64,000 bases of DNA from Plasmodiophora brassicae (lineage: Eukaryota). This document shows positions 1-13,593 of the stretch, one piece after another. Position numbers and translations under genes: made by a program. The notes beneath the pieces were generated by a model. That model was not told the origin of the DNA. It was given only the letters and a program-made list of their open reading frames with translations, and made no database searches. The first letter of the stretch is position 1. Every line of letters starts with the position of its first letter. The DNA lies in contig CP145414.1 in NCBI GenBank assembly GCA_036867785.1, forward strand, positions 186,001-250,000. The letters run 5' to 3'.

Positions 1-539
1 TTTTTCCTCACAGCTAATGGAAGACATTCACACGAATGATAGTGCGGACGAGCGTCATCCGTGCAACCTTTCTTCCCGATCGGACACTGGCGGTGAAGAA
101 GGCAGTTGATTTGAAGGAGACGTGTCCAGGCCATGACGACGAGACCGCTCGTCTTCGTCTTCCAGCGACGCGGTTGACGAAGACGGAACCACGGCTGGCG
201 CGGCTTGAGCGCGACTTCGCGAACGTCCCTGCCGGCGAGAAGATGCGGGCGCCATCGATGTCGTACGGTAGTCCTTTCAAATAATGCGCCTCCGCCGCCC
301 CCTCGGCCCTGGCGGATGTTGGCGGAGTCCGTGACCCACTTATTAGGGCCAACCTCAATATACCGCAGCATGCGCATGACATGACCGGTGTTTAAAGACA
401 CCATTTTCCGGCGCAACCCGTGGCCGTGACGGTGAGGTGGTTGTGTGGCCGTGGGTGACTCACGTACCGGCGTCTGCCCAGTTGGGGCAGGGATCGATGG
501 GTCTCGTGACACAGTGCTTCCCGGTGCAGAATCGAGCCC

Positions 540-3500
540 ATGCGACGTGGCACTACGAGGCCCCGCGTATCGATGTCACCCCCCAAACGCAACGTTCGCC
601 ACCGCGCGACCGCGTCCGATTCTAGTCGTCTATGGCCGCCATCGAATTCTTCGCGATCACCTTGGGATCCACGAGTTCCTTCGCGTCCGGATTTGTTACC
701 ATCCGGGGATGGTAACCAGGTGCCGCTGCATCTCCACCGCCGAGGGTTGTCCCCACCCTATGACAGTGATGACAGCGGAGCACCGTCACTTGACGACAAC
801 CCGCAAGGGCGCCCCGTTGGCGGTATACCGCAACCTGGTAGCGCAGCCCTACTTCGTAATGATGAAGACGACGGCTGGTCCCCGTTGGAAAGCAGCGACG
901 AGGACGGCAGGTGCTCTGGGCGGGCGCCTCCTCGCAGGGAACCTCTACCAGGCGCCCTATCGCCGCCTGGTAGTGATGGAACGGCGCCAAATGATTCTGA
1001 CAGGGGCTGGACGCCGCCCGAAAGCAGCGACGAAGCACTGCCTGACATGGGTGACGGCCGATGCGCTGGGTGGACCCCTCCTGGTGGAAGCGACTCTTCT
1101 GGTCCAGTGTATTCGCAAGCCAGACTGCCCGTGCCAGGCGGCCTATCACCGCCTGGCAGCGCGGAACTGGTTCCGAGTGATGAAGACCGCGTTTGCTCCC
1201 CACCTGAAAGCAGCGACGAAGCATTGCCTAACATGGAAGACGGATTTGCAGCACAGACGTTTCCTCGTCTTTGCGAGTCGTCTGCTTCAGTGAATTCCCA
1301 AGGTATGGAGCCTCTACAATATGATTTATTGACGCCTGGTTTTGAAGAGCTTGTGCCAGGTGATGAATGTGTCGGCTGGACACCCCCTGAAAGCAGCTGC
1401 GAGGCATCACGGTTTGACAGTGACGACGACGTTGCTCCCTATGCTGAGTTGCAATCACCAGTATTATCGGATAGTGGCGGTGCCAGCTTCTCGCCAGCCT
1501 TCGCTGGTGATGATGGATTTCTGGTTGAGTTCAACGGGTAATTCCATCTGGTATCGGAGTGGTCATCAATTGTTAATTTGACATTGATGCAAAGGGTGGC
1601 GCCTATTATCCCTGATTGCGAGTCCCATTCGATTGTCAGCAGTGATGTTGGCCACCCCGGGAATGTCCCGAGTGACGGCCAGCGCGCCAATATGTCGTCT
1701 CAGAGTTCCGACTTGGACGTCGACAACCCGATTGTTCCGGTTCTCAAGCAGCAAGGTCCACGATCATATCCCAGGATGACTGTGGACAGCAAAACCGGGA
1801 AGGCGGAGTTCCAAGCATCAGACGTTGTACAGGCCGGCGATATGCTTGACGAATGTCAACAGGTAAGATTCCCGAATCATTTGTGGGATAGTATGGTCTG
1901 ACACCTTTTAATTTGGTACACCTATATGTAGGCGTTGGTCGCATATTTGAAAGAGCACATCGGAGCGATGTTGAAACGTCCACATGAACCATCTGATGGA
2001 ATCATAAGGATAATGCCGCATTTGGATGAATTTGCGCGAGGCTCCCTGACTCAGACTTCACTGGGTCGTGCAGTGCAGAACAGCGAGGCTGTCGCTCTCA
2101 AGGACAAGGCTGCCTACATATCTCAAATGATTCACCGCGTACGTACATCGCCACATCCATTTGGCTCTCCCATTAACCTACGTGCAGTTGCAGCGCAAAG
2201 CAGAAGTTTGCCACGACAATAATCGCAAGATATGTCTTGAGGAGATGGTTGCTTCCCTACATGGAGATCTGGAGGATATCACACGTCAGATTGAATCATG
2301 TTTATCGTCGAGTCCTAGATCGGGCGATCAAATACGCCGAGACCTCGTTCGTTCAGGATGGGCTTGCCCTGAACTGCACTTCAAGCTGTGCCCGCAAGGA
2401 CATATGTTTCCCGCCAAGCGAGCTGCCGATGAGAATAAGCCCGAATGCTGCAAAGAGGCTTCCGACTTCTTCTACCTCTCCAGGATTCTCCAGGTCAGTG
2501 CTGGAAGGCGCTCACTACCTCTTGATATCCACTCAGCTTATGGATCCAAACAGATCCAGCAACAGTTTCGTTCACGATTTCTCTCAGAAATCATGCACTC
2601 TGAACTCGACCGACTGCTGCAACTCGAATGCGAGCCTGAAAGCCGTCCATTTCTAGCAGATTGGTGTGATGGCAAAGTTTTCCACGAGGACTACGTCCCA
2701 TTCGCAGAACTATGTCGAAGGTAACCGTATTGGTTCACCACTTTTGTAATGAGTGTTGATTCCGATCATGTTGCAACAGAGATGGCAGTTTCCCCATTGT
2801 TATATCAGCGGGCGTAGATGGTGGACGCGTGACGTCGTGGAAATCGATATCTCGGACACCCATGCTGACGATCAACCTAATGCTTCGCCAGGACATCCGC
2901 TGTAACCAAGGTCTTTTGATGTTGCACGGGTTGTTACCTAACGGAGAGGCCAGTCTTCGTCGCGAAGCCGTCTACAGGTACTTTTCTGCATGGTTTAACC
3001 GCGAATGATCTGTCGGTGGCTAACCGTTTGTTTGGATTTAGGCTGGAAGTACTGGAACTCAAACTGGCCTACCATTTTGGGTTCCCTGTCTATGACGCTT
3101 CTGAAGGTCGTGAAGTCTATGCCAGACTTAAACTGGTTCACCAGGTATGCATAACTTCCTGACGTGATGGCTACAATTAATCGTGACGCGATAATGACAC
3201 CGCTTTCTAGGGACACGACTATCCTGAACTGCAAAAGGTTAACGGTCACAGTAGCAAAGGCACGAGAGATGCCTGCCATCGTTGTCACCAGCAAGGCACA
3301 TACGTCGGTCGTAACTTATATGAAGGGTTGTGGGCACACCTTCCTGAGCTTGATCCTGTTCGTGGGGAATGTCGAGCGTGGTACGAGCAGTGCCTAGAGG
3401 CTCGGCAATCCGACGTCGCTGCACGTTCTTCGAATGATATCGGAAGGGGTAACGTTTCCGAGTGTCAAAGTTGGTGCACGTATAGGTGACGTTGTGTATC

Positions 3501-5582
3501 ATTGCGTATAGGTGCCAGGCTGAAGACGAATGAGGAGACGCTTGAGCGCATGCGAGCAGGTGACCTGCGGCCCGATCCCTATTCGGGCAGTCTACCATAC
3601 CCGTTTGGGAACTCGACCCAGTTCACACTCTGCACATTCCATTGCCTGCTGCTTAATGCACTCCAGCGACTTTTCAATATCATCGATCCTCCAGCTGACG
3701 GAAAGGGCCTGAACCAGGAGAAGGTATACAGGGCCCGTACCACTCGCATTTTCAACGGCGTCTAACCTAACACAATTCATTGCAGAGTGAGACTTCATGC
3801 GGTCGCCCATATCATTGCAACCCCGCGTGGAAGGTGCCATTTGTTAACACGCCCAGCACCAACAGCGCGGCCAAGAAGAGATACAGGCAGAAATCTAAAT
3901 CTGCAGCGGCGACCATGGTCGATTCGGTTCTTCGTCAAGTACGTTGGTGTACCGGTATGGCCGTTGGCAATATGGCTACAGACGTATACAAGATTGTTTA
4001 AAGGAAACTGGTGTAGGGAATGGAGATAAGCCGAGGAATTGCTTTGACCGCCAATCGTGGAAGGCGCACGATTACTTGCAGTGGCTGGGTGATTTCGGTG
4101 TCGCAGCCCTCCATTCGGTGGTGCACAATGTCTTTGACGGTGAATCAGCGGCTGCGTTTCAGTGGTGGACGGCCATGTTCGAATTTTTACAAACGGCGAA
4201 CCAGCTCTTATCAAAGTGCATTGCTCGTAACGACCTTCCTCAGATAGCGTTGCAGTTTCGCCGCTGTCTGGCAAAGCTCGAGATGCTGTCGCCCGTCTCG
4301 TTATTGACAATATCAGTAAGTTGATCGACTGGACTTTGCTCTCAGACAGACAACTTATCGGAGCGTCAATGTAGGTGCATTCCTTAGTCCATATTCCCGA
4401 TATTGTCGAGTACTTCGGTCCAGTTCACGGCTTTGTCTGGACTTTCCCTGTAGAACGATGGATGAAGTTAATGAAAGGGTTGTGCACATCGACAAGGGGA
4501 CAGTCAAGGAACATTATCGCAAATTACCAGATAATGTCAGCTGCGGTGAGGCTGAGGTAATCAACACATGCCGCTAATTGGTCGCTTCTGTTACGTTGAC
4601 ATCCGTCACTCTCCTCAGGTGTGACCGTAGTTCGGAATACTCCTGCAATCATGGGAATCCTCTCGTGTTTGGGCAAATGCGGTATTCTGGCATGGATGTG
4701 GAAACGAACACGATGTCGCTGGAATTCCCCGAACATCAGGCGAAACTCGTAACCTTGTCACTGGATATCCGATGCTGGATCCATCATCACCTTATCACAC
4801 AAGATTGGCAAGCGTTCAAGGAACACCCATGGGTTCTGCACTATCTGGAGGCATGCAGCAGATTCGCTGAAACGACGGATGTGCGAATCGGCAATTACGA
4901 CGAAATGACACGCGTTATCGAAGTCTTTGATGAGTTCTGTCGTGATCGTTACGGCTGCTGTCTACTTCCATCACATGCCACAACCTTCCAAAGTGTGAAG
5001 TTCGGTATGATCGTCTCCTTATATTGAATCCACCTATGGTTAACGCATGTATTTCAGGACATGTAATGTGGCAGGCGCGACATGGCTGTCGTTCGGCAAC
5101 CGACAACCATTACGTTGCGGCATTTGCTGACACAAATGGGGACATGCATCTGGGAGAAATCAACGAAGTACTTCGCATCGAGATGCCGCTGGCGCCACCG
5201 CGTTTAGCGATACAACCGCTAACGCTTGAATTATTCCAATGCAAGCGGTACTGCACGGCATGCTCTTTCCCTGGTTGACTCCACGATTCACGATTTGCTT
5301 TTGGGCAGATGGTGGGACATGGTACCGTACCCGGTTGCCGCCCCCATTCCTCGCTACGTCACTCTAGACAAGGATCGTGTTGCTACGCATCGCGTGCAGG
5401 ATAGCCCGCTGTTCCCCATCGTGCATGCAGTCCCTAATAATGTTGTCCTAGTGCCTAGTCATCTGCCAGCGAGTCGGCGACGCCGACAACGATCGCGAGG
5501 ACGTGTGTCAGCTGTTCATCTTGTTTGCCTTCTTGGGAGAGCAAACGCTACTCCGGACGGGTTGGTGTCAACCAGCTACTGA
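540..5582 (+). CDS. Multi-exon CMC/EnSpm (CACTA-like) transposase, divergent copy C, with a Pro/Ser/Asp-rich repetitive N-terminal extension; start and intactness uncertain
   Basis: Spliced frames give GVDG (first D), HDYPE...SKG..DACHRC (second D), CTFH (C/DxxH motif) and HSLVHIPDIVEYFGPVHGFVWTFPVERWMK (DUF4218-like, catalytic E). The C-terminus NNVVLVP...LVCLLGRAN...ST matches the copies at 24230 and 34707. An intron follows LLTIS in all three copies. No TIR found for this copy. Confidence 0.8.
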
Positions 5583-5641
5583 CTGTAAACACTGTGGACA
5601 TGTGGTACGCCTGTTAAAGGTCAACCGAACTCTGCGATATG

Positions 5642-8030
5642 CTATATTGGCAATGAATGCAATCGGATACACTGGCAATATGTTTGGCAGATATACCACC
5701 AATGTATTGAACCGTGGAATACAGTGGCGATACAAGGTCTCGCGGATGTATCCGCGCTGAATCTATTTTCGGGCCAGTGATCAGCTTCGTCGAAGTAGAC
5801 GCCATTGTCAATCTTCTCGTCCCGTGACAGTAGTCGTTGTGCATCGCGAATCTCCGTCTCCGTCGGCCAGCTAAACTCAGGATGCTGCCGAGGAGTGACT
5901 CGCAAGTCGTCAAGCTCCATGATGCGTGCTGCTCGACATGACAAGGCGATACGACCGGCGCCCCATCTTGTCAGCAGGTCAGCCCAAACGTTGTCCTCTC
6001 CGGCGATGCTCTTCGTCTGGTAGCGGAACCCCTGCAGGTGCAACGCCCAACGTTCCAGCTTCTGGGCGGTGTGCTTCTTCATTTCGGAGTCCTGACTGAA
6101 AAATGAACGTCAGATTGCGATGATCGGTATAGAGTAGGAACTCTCGTGATGTCTGAAGCAGGAAGTCCCCGCGTTCCGTAACGTAGATGATCGCGGCCGC
6201 CTCCTTCTCGGGCGTAGACCATCGTAGTTCTGAACCAGCGAAGCGTTTGCCGTAGAACGCGAGAGGTTCGTGACGTTGATCGCAAACAGGCAGGTCGATA
6301 TCCTCCAACGGGATCTGCGTGATGACAGCTGCCCATGCCGTTTCACTTGCGTCGGTGAATAGGCATGTCTGGTAGTTCGACTTCGGGTAGGCCAGCTGAA
6401 CGTGTTGAATCAGGGCGAACCGTATGTCCGTAAATGACTTGTTGTGCTGGTCACTCCAACCCAACGCGTCAAGCGTGATCGATGATGGCGTTGCGGATCG
6501 AATACGCTTCAACTCGTCATTGGCCCGATCGATAATGTCTTGTAGTGGACGGATGATACAGGGATAGCCGGGTATGTGAGTACGCATCCAGTTGGCCGCC
6601 CATAGGAACTGCTGCAACTCCTTGACAGTTCGCGGACGCGACATGGTCGTAAGCGCTTCGATACGTTCTGGGTCGTGTCGTACACCATCACGTGAGTAGA
6701 TTCGCCCGCACCACTTCAGTTCACGAGCGAATAACGTGCACTTGCCCGGATTCAGTTTCACATTGCGTTCACGACATCTCTCAAGAACCCGCGTCAGCTG
6801 ATGTAGCAGGTCATCCTCTGACTTTGCGAATCCAAGGGGGTCGTCGATCCATATCTGCAGATTGTCCTTCATGTCGTCGAAGATCGCTGCCATCCGAGCA
6901 TGAAATTGAATTGCCGAGTTCATGCCTCCTTGAATACTCCTCGTAGGCGTATAGACAGCGTCGTCCGTCATGAAGCTGAACATTTCTTGGCATTCCTTTG
7001 CCAACGGCATTAGCCAGAAGCTTAAGCCTTTGAACGCGTCGATCGTGAAGAAGCATGTCATGCCAGCAAGCTTGCGCGTGACCGCCTCCACGTTAGGCAT
7101 CGGCCAGGCGGTGGAGACACACCGCGCGTTGACCTGGCGTAGGTCGACACATAGACGGTAGCCGTCGCCCTTCGGTTTCTTTACGACTAAGACGGGACTT
7201 GCCCAACGAGAGTTCATGTTCATGTAGATGAGACCGTTCTCCTTGAGCATTTTGACCATATCGTCAAGGAATTCCTTCTGCTTCGGGTTGTAGAACTGCG
7301 GCTTGCACCGGTAAGGCGTGACATCCGGCTTCAGCTGCGTTACCATCGGTTCGACATCGACAGGCTTATCTTGCCCCAGCCGCGTACGGAATTCGTTCAG
7401 GTGTCGTCGCAATATCAGACGTAGTCGACTAACTCCATGTCGGGACATTCCGTTGAGGCGTGCTTGATGCACCATTCGATTGCACGACGTTTCGATCTCG
7501 TGCACGTTGATTGGTCCCAGGTCGACTTCACTTGAAGATGGCTCAGCGGAGTCTGGTTCCTGAGGGGCTTGAAAGTAGTCGCTTCCAAGCGTTGCCATTC
7601 TAGCAGCAATGCGCCGCACAGTCTCGATTGAATCGACGTCGACTGCCGCACATCCTGACAGCGTGTCCATCTCGGTACATCCTGATGCGATGATGGTCTC
7701 CAGCTGCTTATGCGGGTTGATGCCAAGCGCAGATAGAAGATTGTCACCGAACAGGATCACTGGAATCGTGTCGCAGACGTAGTAGGTCACATGGTACAGC
7801 TTAAGGTTGCCAACCTCGGTCTCCAGAGTCGTGACTGGAACTTGTACATTCTCGTGATCGTCCCGATGACCTTGCCCTCTGCGGAAGTGATGTCTCGTGG
7901 CTGGACGTCGCGAAATGTGGCATCATTCAACTGGTCAGCGATATGGCCAGGTATGATATTTCCACCACGACAGCCCGAATCCAGTTCGTAGGGAACGCGC
8001 ATGCCTTCCAGCACTACCCGTTGCAATCCT
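5642..8030 (-). mobile_element. Ty3/Gypsy pol fragment (protease-RT-RNase H), frameshifted and truncated
   Basis: VPYELDSGCRGG protease, WASPVLVVKK...LCVDLR, WIDD and LFTDAS...EKEA...YTDH motifs. Close relative of the element at 22378-40180. Frameshifts near 7790 and 6085. Confidence 0.92.
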
Positions 8031-8392
8031 CAGTCCCAGTGTACCCATCAGTCTTCTGGACCGTTCGCGCCTTGCGACTGAGAAGCCATGACGTTGTAAA
8101 CAGTTGCGACGCTCCGCCGCGCGTTAACGTGTAACGTGTACGTGTGGTTGGACGTATACGTAGGGGTGGGACGTAGTGCGCACTGTAGTCCCGTGTCTGC
8201 AGACTCTTGACGGCACGTAATGACACAGAAACAGAATCACGTTTATCGATCGCATCGTCACGACGACGTCAGCCTCGCCACGTCATCGTGCTAAATCGGG
8301 GCACGCAGAGTGTCTAAATATAGTCCAGGACCGTCAGGTGGCAGCACGTTGATGTAGGGAACGAGACGCTATAAATAGAGCCCCGCTCTACA

Positions 8393-8592
8393 ACTATACC
8401 GGTAGGGAGAGCAAAAATCGTATGACGTTTTTTGGAAGGGCATCCGTTGAGAGGATTTTTGGAAAATCGGGGTCCGAAATTGGCACCAAATTGGCACTAC
8501 CAAGTGCCAATTTGGTGTCGTCAAGTCCCAATAAAAGGCCGATGGGCTAATCCACGGGATGGCACTAATTTGGCACTTCTATTTTTCCAGTG
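8393..8592 (+). mobile_element. Orphan right end (subterminal repeats plus TIR) of a CACTG element of the B family
   Basis: About 200 bp closely matching 39610-39810, ending in ...GGCACTAATTTGGCACTTCTATTTTTCCAGTG and followed by GAA. Confidence 0.9.
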
Positions 8593-10695
8593 GAAGGCGC
8601 CGGAGGCGGCCAATCGTTCGTCAACACGGTGGTCCTCGACAGTCGACGCCTGGTTCCAGAGTCCGACCCTAACGCCACCGACGCAGCGCCCTCGTCAATC
8701 ACGCCGACAAATCCCCCATTGGCAACAGGTCAAGGAGCGACGTCTGATCGATCAAGCCATACGGTCCAACCGCAATTCCGCTCGCGGCGCCGCCGCCAAA
8801 GCATGTCGTGCTAGAGTACCCGCGCCGATCGATCCAGCCCGTCTACCACGACCGGACGTGTCAAGCCTTAAAGCGACCGACATCCCTGTACCCGTCTCGA
8901 TGGCCGAGGCATTGTCATCGCCGTTCGCCGGCCACTGGTGGGACGCCGCCGTCTCGCAGATGGGGACGCTCGATTCCAAGGACACATTCGGCCCGCTCGT
9001 TGATCTCCCCAAAGGTAAGATCGCTGTCGGGTCCAAGTGGGTGTTCCGGGTCAAGTCAGCGCTCAGTGGCGACGGTGGCATCCGTAAGTTCAGCGCTCGT
9101 CACTGCGCTCAGGGCTTCCGACAGCGCCCCGGCATTGACTTTGACGACACATTCGCACCGACAGCTCGCGCCACCGCATTCCTCATCATCCTTGCGCTCG
9201 CAGCCCAACACGGGCTGCATCTTCGACAGGTTGACTGGGTGGCCGCCTACCTCAACGCCGATATGCTCCACGACGTCTACATGCGCCAGCCCGATGGGTT
9301 TACTGATAACAACGTCCCATATCGCGTTCTCCAACTACGCAAGGCCCTATACGGTACGAAGCAAGGTGCCGAACGGTGGTACAAGACGCTTCGCTCGATG
9401 CTGCTGTCCCTGGGCTTCGAACCGATCATCGCGGACCCGTGCGTCTTTCGATATGGTCACGATGGCAAGTTCATGGTCATGTCGGTGCACACCGATGACG
9501 GCCTGCTGGCGTACAACGACGTCGATTTCGCAGAGGCCGTCATCGAGAAGCTCGCCACGATGGCCGAGATCACGGATCGGCGAACCATCGACGCTGCTCG
9601 GCATGCGCATCCGTCGCGAACCTGCCACCGGCGCCATCATGCTCGACCAGGCCGAGTACATCGACAAGGTGTTGAGCGACTTCAACATGTCACATTGTCA
9701 CCCGGTCGACACGCCACATCAACCTGGCGTTCACCTGACGAAATCGATGAGTCCACAGACGGACATCGAACGGGACGAAATGACGAACAAGCCTTACCTG
9801 AAGCTGATCGGATGTCTGACATGGCTCGCCCATCGGTGCCGTCCCGACATCGCGTATATCACCAACGTGCTGGCCCAGTTCTCGTCGAATCCTGGTATAC
9901 AGCATTGGCGTGCGGGGCAACGCGTCCTCAAGTACCTCGCCGGCACGAAGACGCACGGCATTCGATACGAACGGCATCTCGAGGATCGCCTGGTCGCTTA
10001 CGCCGATGCCGACTGGGCCTCGGATCCGGACACGCGACGTTCCCGTTCCGGTCATATCATTCTTCTGGCCGGCGGTCCCGTGCACTGGCAGTCGCGACGC
10101 CAGGACCTAGGCGCCGTTAAGGTTAGTCTTTTGTCAACGCACGCTGAGATCAAATCGCTCTGCGCTGTTACCCGTCAGCTGGCCTGGATCCGGTCGTTCC
10201 TGGCGGAGATCGGCTTCCCGCGTCCCGGCCCGACGATCGTACACGAAGACAACCAAGGCGCGAAGGCCTGGTCTGGCTACCGTCGGATGGACGATCGAAC
10301 GAAGGATATCGAGGTCCAGTTCCACTACACCAGAGAGGCAGTCGAGGCCGGTCTGATTGTGGTCCACAAGTGCCCGTCTGCCGAGATGGCGGTCGACTAC
10401 CTGACGAAGCCCGCCCTCAGCACTTCTTATCACGCGAACCTGATCCTGGCCGGCATCATCGACACCGGTACCAGGGCGTGTGCTGCTGGAGGGGGCGTGT
10501 CAAACAACATGTCCAGTACAACCAGCAGCACATGCCTGCAGCACGCCGTCACGCACTCCGAAACTCCGCGCTCGCCGCCGTTGGCAGCCGTTACGTCGTC
10601 GGCGACTACGTCGCCACTGTAACGTCCACCGTGCCGTTGCGCAAACGCCGTACGTAATACACTTCACTTCGCTATTGTCTTCCTTAAACGTTCCA
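8593..10695 (+). mobile_element. Ty1/Copia 3' half (RT, RNase H, PPT, 3' LTR), 5'-truncated, one frameshift near 9580
   Basis: SKWVFRVK, AQGFRQRPGIDFDDTFAP, LRKALYGTKQ, HTDD (YVDD position), YADADWA and STHAE motifs. Polypurine GGAGGGGGCG is followed by TGTCA at 10498. Confidence 0.93.
10498..10695 (+). repeat. Copia 3' LTR (right boundary approximate)
   Basis: Starts TG right after the PPT. Homologous to 14874-15065 (minus) and 17186-17275. Confidence 0.75.
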
Positions 10696-12334
10696 TGTCC
10701 TCTGCCCCATCTCGATGATCGATATGGCGCCAATGATGTTGGCGTCCCAGTTATTGGCATAGGCTGCAATAGCGTTGCTTCCGTGCTTAACAATGAGTTG
10801 GCGTGAGCGGTCGGAGGTTTCTTCTTTCGGGGGGCGTATTTTGTGACCGCTAGCATCTTCACGCTTTTTAAATGCTCATGTTTTGTACACTTTAGGTGCG
10901 TGCTGGTTTCCTGTCTTACCAGTGTACCTGGCGGAAGTCTGCCAATGTAGATATCTCCATTGTGTCTGGGGACAATCTGTCGAAAGTCGATCTGCTCTGC
11001 AACCATTTGGTTACGAAGCCGAATGGCTCCCGAGTAACTTGAAACAGGATGTCGGGCATGGCGGGGTCCAAATGGCTGTCTCGAAGTTCTCATTCGTCTT
11101 GGGCGCATAGGTGCTCCCGTGGGTTCTCTTTGTGCGGATTAGGTCGCCAAAGGTGGTGCCAGACCTCTTGGAAGAACTCCCCCGTTTGGGAAAGGCTCGA
11201 TGAGCGTTCGCCGGGCGATTCGCTGGCTGGTCGGTCGTCTGTACGCTGGCGTTTGCGGTTCATGGTTTGAGTGGTTTGGGGATTTCCGATCCGTACGGTG
11301 TCCGTGAGTGATGAAGACGATAACGAAGTGATTTATTCCGACTGACATCGGCGCGAGACGGTGGCGATGTAACGCTGTGTAACAGGGGCTTGCCAAGCCG
11401 TTACCGACAACGGCGTCAGTGGCGGAGCCTCTGCCGTGGACGTTACGCAGTCGCGCACTGTCACGGTGTCACCGTGTGCCGGTGGTACGACAGGATCCTC
11501 GACAGTGAGCAGAGGTTCAGGATATTAGGGCACTCTTCTATGATTTCCCTTTTTCCGGGTCCTAGATGCATGTGCGCTATCTCTTATACTAAAAAAGTTC
11601 AGAGTCCGTCCATACAAATCCTACTCTGTCAACGGATGGCACACATTCTATTCTGCGTGGTAAACCATGCACGCGAAAACGGCAAACATTTACCATAGTA
11701 AATGTGCTCGGCCCGCATTATTAATTAGCCTCTACCCAGGCCTGGCAGTTCCGCCGATCACATTGTACGTGGTGCGCTCCACAGAACAGACATGGACGAC
11801 GGTCTTTCCGAAGACTACCTGGGTACTATGGTCGAACGATGTTCTCATTGTCAGGCGCGAATGTTTCCAAATGAGAACATCAGTTGCTGTGGCGGCTACC
11901 ACCATATCACGTTGCCGCTACGAACCGTCGCCGACATCCCTCAGCAAATCTAATTTTCTGAAACGGAACAGGTATCGCTCCTCATTTCTTCAACCATAAC
12001 GGCGGCCGTTACCGCAATGGATCCTGCTATACAAGACATTCACGCTGCGATAGCTAGATACGGTGCATCAGTATTGCGTTTCTCCGTACGATCCCGCAGA
12101 GATTGGTCTGTACTCAAACAGAGTACGAGAGCGCTCTCTATATGGGGCGACCCTCCATCCGCCATACCTGTTCGCATTGGCGATCGTGTCCAATGCACCC
12201 TGAATAAGGGTTTCACCTGGTATGGCGAGCAGTTACAGCCTGCCACCAATTGCTGATCTCTGATAGTCATGGGCAATCATCCACATGATATTGACTAAAT
12301 AAATACACATCTTTGGTGTGTTTTCATTCGAAGG

Positions 12335-13404
12335 GTGGCCTCCGGCTCCGACTCTGACACTCCCCGCCGAAAGAAGTTCCTGGAAATAGGGCACAACGAG
12401 GACATCGACAAACTGGCCAAACGGGCGGCCAAGAAAGGTCTATGTGGAGTAGAACACACTCCATTCCTACCCTACAAACTCCATTTGAGACGCATGGCAG
12501 CCGACCGATTAGAAGATCATCGAAAGAACAACATTAAAGAAAGCAAATGGAGTGACTATCCAACCGACAACGATATCGAGACGATGCAGAGAACATAGCA
12601 TACGACAGCAGAAACATCCATATCCACCCCCTGCTGAAACGCGCCCACTCGGGACACTGCGGCTCTCGGCAGCACCTCTTCAACAGTAGCCAAAACTTGG
12701 CCGGAGAGTCATCCCAATGCCGGCACTGCGGGAACGCAACGGACACCATTGAGAATCAACTTCTGCACTGCACCGCATTGCGCGACAAATTACAACAAGA
12801 ACGAGATGAATAAGCGCGGTTATGGAAAAACTCCTTCACAGAGGCCCTCTGGAAAAACGAAGGCGAGATGACGAACATTCTCAATTCTGCAAAGGCCAAA
12901 AAGTGCCTATACATCTAACAAAACGCCAAGATCACCAATTACACCCAGAACAAAGAACAAATCCGTACTGCTATGCGACCAACGAGATATCGCGGTGCAG
13001 ATTACTCTGCCCCGCCAAGGCCACGAGGCCTAAATGTTTTGGGTGCCCGACAGCCCGGTAAGACGTGTCGTTTAGGAGTTGTCTTAGGGGACCACTTGAT
13101 CAGGTTGGAAGGCGAAGGGCGCCTGTAAATTAGGCGGCCACCTCCCACAGGGGGGCGGATGTCGTCAGTAGTGTAGACAGAACAACCACAATGATAAAAT
13201 TCTACGAACCTTTGGGGTGCTCAAGGAGCCCTCAGACTCGCCCTGGAGTCGCCAATCTGCGAGATCCCAGCACAAAGGTGACAGGCCGGCACTGCCAGGC
13301 CGGAAGAAGCTGACGTTCTGGAAGCTGGTCCTACGGTCCTCGGACCCGAGACCGAGACGCCTGCATGAAAAGCGCGAAACACAAACAAAGATCAACTAAA
13401 CTAA
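12335..13404 (+). mobile_element. Degenerate 3' end of an RNase H-bearing non-LTR retrotransposon (LINE) with 3' UTR and AACTA-type tail
   Basis: GHNEDIDKLAKRAA resembles the RNase H C-terminal motif, followed by a broken frame with R..SGH...CRHCG...DTIENQLLHC (RT-associated Zn finger). The 3' UTR is homologous to the SINE at 44720-45208. Confidence 0.65.
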
Positions 13405-13593
13405 GAGCATCTCCACCGCGGAGCCGTTTTCGGTATCGTTATCGTCAGATCTGACGATTTTGCTTGCAGGCAGTCACACCAACCGAACCAGGATTCTTTA
13501 TCGTTACCTGTCAGATTTAGTGAATTCGTCACCTCCGGCACAGATCTGATTCAGATCTGTGACGATTCTGTTGTCTATTGATCGGTCGAGACG

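Noticed and set aside
14-382. Possible gag remnant or small gene at the window start
   Set aside because: No intact motif or boundary to support a call.
8030-8392. LTR of the adjacent Gypsy fragment
   Set aside because: It has a TATA-like motif but no second copy in the window and no match to the 205-bp LTR.
10700-12330. Short ORFs between the Copia LTR and the LINE remnant
   Set aside because: No recognisable domain or termini; probably decayed repeat sequence, left unannotated.
13110-13305. HDV-like ribozyme (GGCCACCTC and GGCCGGC motifs)
   Set aside because: I could not build the nested double pseudoknot; only simple hairpins are supported.
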